DNA from: an uncultured bacterium
GTDB taxonomy: Bacteria; Krumholzibacteriota; Krumholzibacteriia; LZORAL124-64-63
NCBI GenBank assembly: GCA_963727525.1
Contig: CAVSGO010000005.1
Coordinates: forward strand, 544,001 to 608,000
Length of the DNA stretch: 64,000 nt
Reading direction: 5' to 3'
Below, in pieces: positions 58,025-64,000 of this stretch (position 1 is the first letter of the stretch; each line of letters starts with the position of its first letter). The notes under the pieces were generated by a model. The model was not told the DNA's origin and did not search any database. It was given only the letters and a program-made list of their open reading frames with translations. Made by a program: the position numbers and the translations under genes.

Positions 58025-59383
58025 TTGAATTGGCGTCGTTTTGCATTCCGCCACCTCGTCTACGATCCCGCGATCACGCTGAAAGCGGGTCGTCTTGGGC
58101 CGGCGACGAGGTTCCTGGCCGAGAGCCAGTATTGGTCGGCGGACCGCATTCGTGAACTACAGCTCCAGCGACTGCGTCGCTTGGTGGATCATGCGCGGCA
58201 CAACGTTCCGGCTTTTCAAGCGGCAGCCCCGGCCATTTCGGACCTTGAGAGTCTCGAACAGATTCGATCCCTGCCGACGTTGACCAAACAGATGATTCAG
58301 AAAGATCCCGGTGCCTGCATGTCGCGCAAAGCCGGCACACGCCTCATCAAGAAGACGACCGGCGGCTCCACGGGCCAGACCGTGACGATCCTCAAAACAC
58401 AGCAATCCTGGCTCTGGGAGATCGCGGCGACATGGCGAGGTTACCGGTGGGCCAACGTTGAGATCGGCGACCCACAGGCGCGATTCTGGGGTATTCCGAT
58501 GCGTGACGGCGCTCGGCGAGTGGCGGCCCTCACCGACCTGGTCTGCAACCGTACGCGTCTGTCCGCGTTTGCCTTCGATGATTCGGATCTCGCCAGATAC
58601 GTGGACAAGTTGCGAAGCTTTCGTCCATCCTATTTTTACGGATACGTCTCCATGCTCGACGCATTCGCGACGTTTCTACTTGATCGCGGTATCGATATGC
58701 AACTTGACCTCGAGTGTGTGATCACAACGAGCGAAGTGCTCACGGATCCCATAAGGGAACGCCTCGGTCGCGCCTTCAATACACGAGTCTTCAACGAGTA
58801 CGGGTGCGGGGAACTCGGTACGGTCGCGCACGAGTGCGAGCACGGCGGATTGCACCTGTCGGAAGAGAACATGATTGTCGAGATCCTCGATGGAAACCGC
58901 CCTTGCGCGCCGGGAGAACCTGGCGAGATGGTCGTGACGGAACTCAACAATTTCGCCATGCCGCTCATCAGATATCGCATGGGGGACTTCGCCACGTTGT
59001 CACCGGTACCGTGCCAATGCGGTCGTAGCCTGCACACTCTCCAGGGGCTACATGGCCGTGCCTACGATATGGTCAGAAGCAGCGATGGGCGGAAGTTCCA
59101 CGGAGAGTTCATGGTCTACATCTTCGAAGATCTCAAGCGAAGGAATTTCGGGATCGCTCAGTTTCAAGTCGTGCAGACCGCACTCGACAGGTTTCTGATT
59201 CGGATTGTTCCGGACGGTCACTACTCGCCAGCAACCGTCGACATCATCACCGCGAAGATCCATGAGGAAATTGACGCCAACGCCACGGTCGAGATTGAAC
59301 TCACGGAACGAATCGAACGGAGTCCCTCGGGCAAGATGAGAGTGGTCGTGGGGCTTCCCCAGGAAACGGAAGCGGCCCGATGA
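58025..59383 (+). CDS. Second CapK/PaaK-like adenylate-forming enzyme
   Basis: TTGGSTG, YGCGEL, MPLIRYRMGD, GR.YD, SGKMR. Confidence 0.85.
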   Translation: MNWRRFAFRHLVYDPAITLKAGRLGPATRFLAESQYWSADRIRELQLQRLRRLVDHARHNVPAFQAAAPAISDLESLEQIRSLPTLTKQMIQKDPGACMSRKAGTRLIKKTTGGSTGQTVTILKTQQSWLWEIAATWRGYRWANVEIGDPQARFWGIPMRDGARRVAALTDLVCNRTRLSAFAFDDSDLARYVDKLRSFRPSYFYGYVSMLDAFATFLLDRGIDMQLDLECVITTSEVLTDPIRERLGRAFNTRVFNEYGCGELGTVAHECEHGGLHLSEENMIVEILDGNRPCAPGEPGEMVVTELNNFAMPLIRYRMGDFATLSPVPCQCGRSLHTLQGLHGRAYDMVRSSDGRKFHGEFMVYIFEDLKRRNFGIAQFQVVQTALDRFLIRIVPDGHYSPATVDIITAKIHEEIDANATVEIELTERIERSPSGKMRVVVGLPQETEAAR

Positions 59384-60936
59384 CCGATACGCAGCAGGGC
59401 ACCCGTCTCTTCGTGGTCATACGCCACCCGGATATTCCGCCCCTGGGCTGGCTCCTCGATCTCGCCGAACCCCTCCCGATCCTGCATTGCGGATCGAGTG
59501 TGGAGTGCGACGAACGGTCGTTCTTCGAGGGAGCTTGGGCCGGAGACTTCGCCGCCGCGGATTTCTCCGAAGTACCCTTCACGTTCGGGTCCGGTGCGGT
59601 GTTCTCGGGAAATACTGTCACCCTGGTGACCCCATGCCATACGCTCGACGGTATCTACATGTTCGACTGCGACGGTGAACCCCAGGCCGTATCGAATTCC
59701 CTGGCCTTCCTCTTCCACTACTGCCGACTTACCCCGCACCCGGACTTCCGGGAAGGTGCACGGTTTGCCTCGATCGTGCGGGGCGTCGACGACTATGCAA
59801 CGAACGTGGTGCGCACCGCGACCGGCCAGGTACGCCGTTTCGCCGCCGAGAATATCACGGTATCTCTCCGACCGCTTTCGCTGCTCGAATCCACCGGAAA
59901 GCCGAATATTTTCCCATTTGCCGACTTCGCTGCGTATCACGACTTCTTGGCGGGCCAGCTCGCGATACTCTTCGCCAATGCCACTTCCCCTCAACGTCGC
60001 ACCTGTTACCAACCGCTCGCAACGTGCTCTTCGGGGTATGACTCAAGCGCGGTTTCGGCGTTGGCTGCGGAAGTCGGTTGCCGAAACGCGGTGACTCTGA
60101 TCGGCACTGGCGGATCCCCTGTCGATTCCGGCGCAGCGGTTGGGCGACAGATCGGACTACACGTCGAAGAGTTCTCTTTCAGGCCGGAGACGATGCCAAT
60201 TGAGACCGAGGCAGAATTCCTCGCTGCAGGCATGGGAGGCGAGGACTGCTACTTCAGCGTCTTTGCCCCACGCCTCGGGCAGGCGATGATTCTCACCGGA
60301 TTTCACGGCGACAAGTTGTGGGATATTCATATCCCCAGCAATGACTGTCTGGAACGCGGCGACATCAGTGGTTCGAGCCTCGGCGAGTTTCGCCTGCGAG
60401 CCAACTTCGTGCACGTACCTGTCCTTTTTCTTGGCGCCCGCAATCACCGCTCGATTCGTGAGATCTCTCGATCGCCCGCGATGAAGCCGTGGCGCCTGGG
60501 CAACGACTACGACCGACCGATTCCGCGGCGAATCGTCGAGGAGCGCGGCGTCGCACGCGGTGATTTCGGCCAGAGCAAGCGGGCCGCGAGCAGGCTGCTG
60601 TTCTTCGACGAATCGCTCCTGCAACCAGGTACGCGAGCAGCCGTCGCGGCTTATACGGCCGTGCTGGAGCGGCAGCCCGAGATCGCCCAGCAATGCGAGC
60701 GCGCACGTAAATCGTGGGAGAATGCGCGAATGCTCGGTGAGATTCCCATGAAGATCTTGATGCACCTGCGCCATCACCCGACCGGCAACAGGTTGATCCG
60801 CGGTACGCTCGGCAAGAACGCGCAATACGACTGGCGCATCTTCGAACATAGCCGCCCACGCGCGGTCTATGCATTCTTATGGGCCCTGGACGCCCTCAGC
60901 CCGCGTTATACCGCCGCGGGTCACCGCAATACCTGA
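59380..60936 (+). CDS. Divergent AsnB/PP-loop-like protein
   Basis: LATCSSGYDSSAV (SGGxDS-like), LTGFHGDKLW, YDRPIPRRI; ATGA overlap with the CapK-like gene. Confidence 0.6.
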   Translation: MTDTQQGTRLFVVIRHPDIPPLGWLLDLAEPLPILHCGSSVECDERSFFEGAWAGDFAAADFSEVPFTFGSGAVFSGNTVTLVTPCHTLDGIYMFDCDGEPQAVSNSLAFLFHYCRLTPHPDFREGARFASIVRGVDDYATNVVRTATGQVRRFAAENITVSLRPLSLLESTGKPNIFPFADFAAYHDFLAGQLAILFANATSPQRRTCYQPLATCSSGYDSSAVSALAAEVGCRNAVTLIGTGGSPVDSGAAVGRQIGLHVEEFSFRPETMPIETEAEFLAAGMGGEDCYFSVFAPRLGQAMILTGFHGDKLWDIHIPSNDCLERGDISGSSLGEFRLRANFVHVPVLFLGARNHRSIREISRSPAMKPWRLGNDYDRPIPRRIVEERGVARGDFGQSKRAASRLLFFDESLLQPGTRAAVAAYTAVLERQPEIAQQCERARKSWENARMLGEIPMKILMHLRHHPTGNRLIRGTLGKNAQYDWRIFEHSRPRAVYAFLWALDALSPRYTAAGHRNT

Positions 60937-60986
60937 CCGGATTCCAAGGTCGTTTCCGGCCTCCCGCTTGCTACCGCATCAATCCG

Positions 60987-61742
60987 TCAATGACGCGACG
61001 GTACGGGCGCACTGAGTTCCATCACCGCATACCACGAGAGATACTTGAGCGGGGGCAATACCGAGAACAGTGCAGAATCGACCCGATCGAGGGCATTCAC
61101 CGCGGGATAGAAGATCCGGGTCTTGAGCAGAGCGAGCGCCGCAAACGACGTGAGATGGAAGTGCTTGATGTCGGTGCGTCCGAAATAGCGCTTGGCGAGT
61201 AGCAGGTCCTTTCGCACGAGGGGATGCTCATCCGCCGTCCGCAAACGTGGCGTAAGCCTACGAAAGATCTCGATCGCAGGATTGTGCCCGAGCGGCTCCT
61301 GGAACACAGCGCGGCCCCCGGGTTTCAGTACGCGGGCAATCTCGCGATACGACTTATCCAGATCGAGATGATGCAGGATGCCTTCGCCGATGATCAAGTC
61401 AAAGGACCCGTCAGGGAAAGTCATCGCCTCCGCATCCATGACGAGATACTCCGCCCGGTCCTGAATACCCGCAGCGTTGGCGCGTTCGGCCGCTTTGGTG
61501 ATTCCGACCTCGGAGATGTCGATACCGACCACGTCGGCGCCATGGCGCGCGAGTTCGAGCGAGTGCGAACCCGTCCCGCAGCCATATTCGAGGACCTTCT
61601 TTCCCGCCACGTCGGTATAGATGAGCTTCTCGTAGAAAGCGTTGCGGTTTCGGATGAGCGAGTAGACCTGACCTACGACGGCGCGCGAATTACTCGAATA
61701 GTCCTGATCGAAGAATTGTGCTTCAGCCTGCTTATCTGCCAT
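60987..61742 (-). CDS. Class I SAM-dependent methyltransferase
   Basis: VLEYGCGTG, GIDIS, MDAE, SFDLI, LHHL, RVLKPGG. Confidence 0.9.
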   Translation of the reverse strand: MADKQAEAQFFDQDYSSNSRAVVGQVYSLIRNRNAFYEKLIYTDVAGKKVLEYGCGTGSHSLELARHGADVVGIDISEVGITKAAERANAAGIQDRAEYLVMDAEAMTFPDGSFDLIIGEGILHHLDLDKSYREIARVLKPGGRAVFQEPLGHNPAIEIFRRLTPRLRTADEHPLVRKDLLLAKRYFGRTDIKHFHLTSFAALALLKTRIFYPAVNALDRVDSALFSVLPPLKYLSWYAVMELSAPVPSRH

Positions 61743-61809
61743 GGACTTTGCCTCACTAATTGACAGACAGTATTCATTTTGGCGATTTCAGCGTTCGGTC
61801 CAATCAACC

Positions 61810-63245
61810 CTACACGGTGGCTTCCGCAACAGCGGAGGCGCCATCGCTCGACGCGGTCACGGCGGCAAGCAGGGCGCGAGTCTTCGCCTCTGTCGCCTCC
61901 GTCATGGCGAGAATCGAGATGGCGATTCCAGCCCCGAACCACCAATAGATCTCGTAGAGATCCATTCCGAAGAAACCAAGAACGAGCCGCACAAAGATGA
62001 AACCGGCCGCAGCGTTGGCCGTGGCGGCGAGAAGTTGGAGATCCTCGTAGTGAGAGGCGATCGCCTTGCGAGCGGGTGGTGACAGACCGGACCGGGCGAC
62101 GGCGCGAAGCGGCCGCAATTGCCGCGTCAACTCCCTGTAAGCTCGGAAGTATCCGGCCATCATCGACCACACGAAGTACAGGAATACTGCCAGTCCCTGG
62201 ACGCCAATATTCGTGCCGACTTCGAGATAGAGATTGTGCGTGTCCTGCGTACGGCCGAACCGCTGCGCCCGCACAAGCGGGAAGCAATCAGACCGACGCC
62301 GAGAGGATTCTCACGAAAGATCTCCCAGGCATCTTTCAGGATCTGAATCCGCGTCTCTTTCGAGTGTCCTTCCGCCTCTTCGCCCGTGATGCTCTCGAAA
62401 CGACCAATATATTGCTTGGGTATCGCGAACACGACGATCGGTGTCAAGATGGCAACAGTGACCATGAACCGCTTCTTGCGTTTCGAGCGAGCGAACCAGA
62501 ATACTACCAAGGACACAAGGGCAACGTACGCGGTACGCGATCCGCTGTAGATAACGCAGATAACGGCCGTCACAAGCAGCAACGCCATGAGTCCGCGTAT
62601 CCAGAAATTGCGAAGGACTGGCCAAAGAAAGATCACGAACGGTATTCCACCCATGGCCACGCCACCAAGGCTGTTCGGATGCATGTAGATGGGAACCGCG
62701 CCATGCAGTCGCATCACGCCCTGATTCTGCCAGACAAGGCCACCAGTGATCAGTCCGCGGAAAGCCTCCGACGTGATATAACAGACGGCGAACATGTAAG
62801 CGATCATGAACCACCGCATGTTTCGGGGCGAGCCGATGAGAACTGAAATAAACAAGGTGAGAGCCGCGAACTTGACGACGCGATCGATGAACTCGCGCTT
62901 CGCGATCTCGACCGATGCCGACACCGGGATCTGCAACAGCATGACGCAAAAAAGGAGCACGATCCCGATAACGACATGCTTCCCACGGTCGACTCTCACC
63001 GGGGTTGATGCCATGACGGCGACGGACGTCGCGATGAGCGCCCAGCCCAGGAGGAACTCGAATCGTATGGAAGCGAGGAGCGACGACCGGGCGGGCGCTT
63101 GGACATAGAAATCGAGCACGAACGCCAGGAACATCAGTGTTGCCATAACAGGCGGCTCGCGGTAGAAGGACGTCCGTCTTGCCTTCACGGTGCCCGTCTC
63201 GCTAGCGGATGGGTTGAGGGTGCGCTTCGCGGACGTCACGTTCAC
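61810..63245 (-). pseudogene. O-antigen ligase/polymerase (Wzy/WaaL) split by a 1-nt frameshift at ~62283
   Basis: HPNSLG, SGSRTA, RIQI, NPLGVG in one frame; RFGRTQDTHNLYLEV in the next. Adding one T gives LGVGLIAFPLVRAQRFG. Confidence 0.8.
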
Positions 63246-63251
63246 AGGAAC

Positions 63252-64000
63252 CTACCAGTCACTGTCGAGATAGGTGATCCGCCAGCGCTCGGGGTCTTTC
63301 GGCAAGCTCGGGGCATTTGCGGTATCGACGAACAGAGCGCCGCTGAAACCACGCTTGAGGCCCAGCCACGGCCGGCTATCGAGACGCCTACGTCGAATCT
63401 CCCACAGATCGACACTATCTGCCATGTCCTGGTTCTCGATCCAGGAAAGAAAAGCCGGAAGGACCCATTCGCCCCTCTGGTAAGGCAGATATCGATGATC
63501 TCGAACTGGCGTCCAATGCGTTTGATCACCAGGAACCCGACATCGGGCCCCCCGGCGTCATTGACGACGACCAGAGCGAGATCGTCGCGTGGGTGGTCGA
63601 GTACGCGCCATTTTACGAACACGCGGTCACGAGCGCCGTGCATGACTTCTACGCCCGCAGGAGGATCGACCGGTCCGTCGGCGATCGAGAACGCATAGCC
63701 GTCTCCGCGCATCACGGTCGCCGCCACGCGCGTCACGACGAGCGGCAAACCCATCGGCAATGCCAACCATGGTCTTCCCACTCGCCTCGCCACCGCTCCC
63801 GGCCTGAGCACGAATGTCCGCATGAGGAAGTGCCCCAGCATCGTCCACCCCGCATGAGCGTGCGCCTGCACCGATGACGCCAGGGACGGGAAGCTCAGGT
63901 AGAAGTATTCCTGGCCTTCCAGCCAATCTGGGCGTTGCTGGCGCAGGAATGCCATGACGTCGTTGAAGAGGCCTTTGCCGCGGATTTCCTTGCCCATCAA
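63252..64000 (-). CDS. GNAT-family protein, 5'-partial, with apparent 1-nt frameshift at ~63473
   Basis: EIRGKGLF motif at the window edge. The alternative frame after IDICLTRG reads GEWVLPAFLSWIEN...WRITYLDSDW* and ends just before the Wzy start. Confidence 0.65.

Overview
High-GC bacterial chromosome segment with three parts. (1) 1-3879, minus strand: fabH, an ABC ATPase and a fused GldF-GldG-like permease that runs off the left edge. (2) 4058-38518, minus strand: an unbroken translation/transcription superoperon: tRNA Thr-Tyr-Gly-Thr, tuf, rpmG, tRNA-Trp, secE, nusG, rplKAJL, rpoBC, rpsLG, fusA, tuf, then the S10, spc and alpha operons to rplQ. It is flanked upstream by ispF-ddl-cysS (38617-41733). 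(3) 41919-64000: a mosaic surface-polysaccharide locus. It has three glycosyltransferases, a Wzx flippase, a frameshifted Wzy/WaaL, two CapK/PaaK-like adenylating enzymes, two AsnB-like ligases without the catalytic Cys, two GNATs, two hexapeptide acyltransferases, a deacetylase, a methyltransferase and two secreted proteins, one with a FlgD-type C-terminal domain. Top observations: the str-operon EF-G has lost all three conserved domain-IV tip motifs, like a recycling-type EF-G2; TAG is the commonest stop in the highly expressed operon (24 of 45 genes); several intergenic spacers echo the upstream gene's last 14-22 nt; and the polysaccharide locus may encode an undescribed acyl/amide tailoring pathway. 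The lineage is probably an FCB-adjacent candidate phylum (Krumholzibacteriota/Latescibacterota-like), which is inference only. All calls come from reading the sequence; no searches were run.
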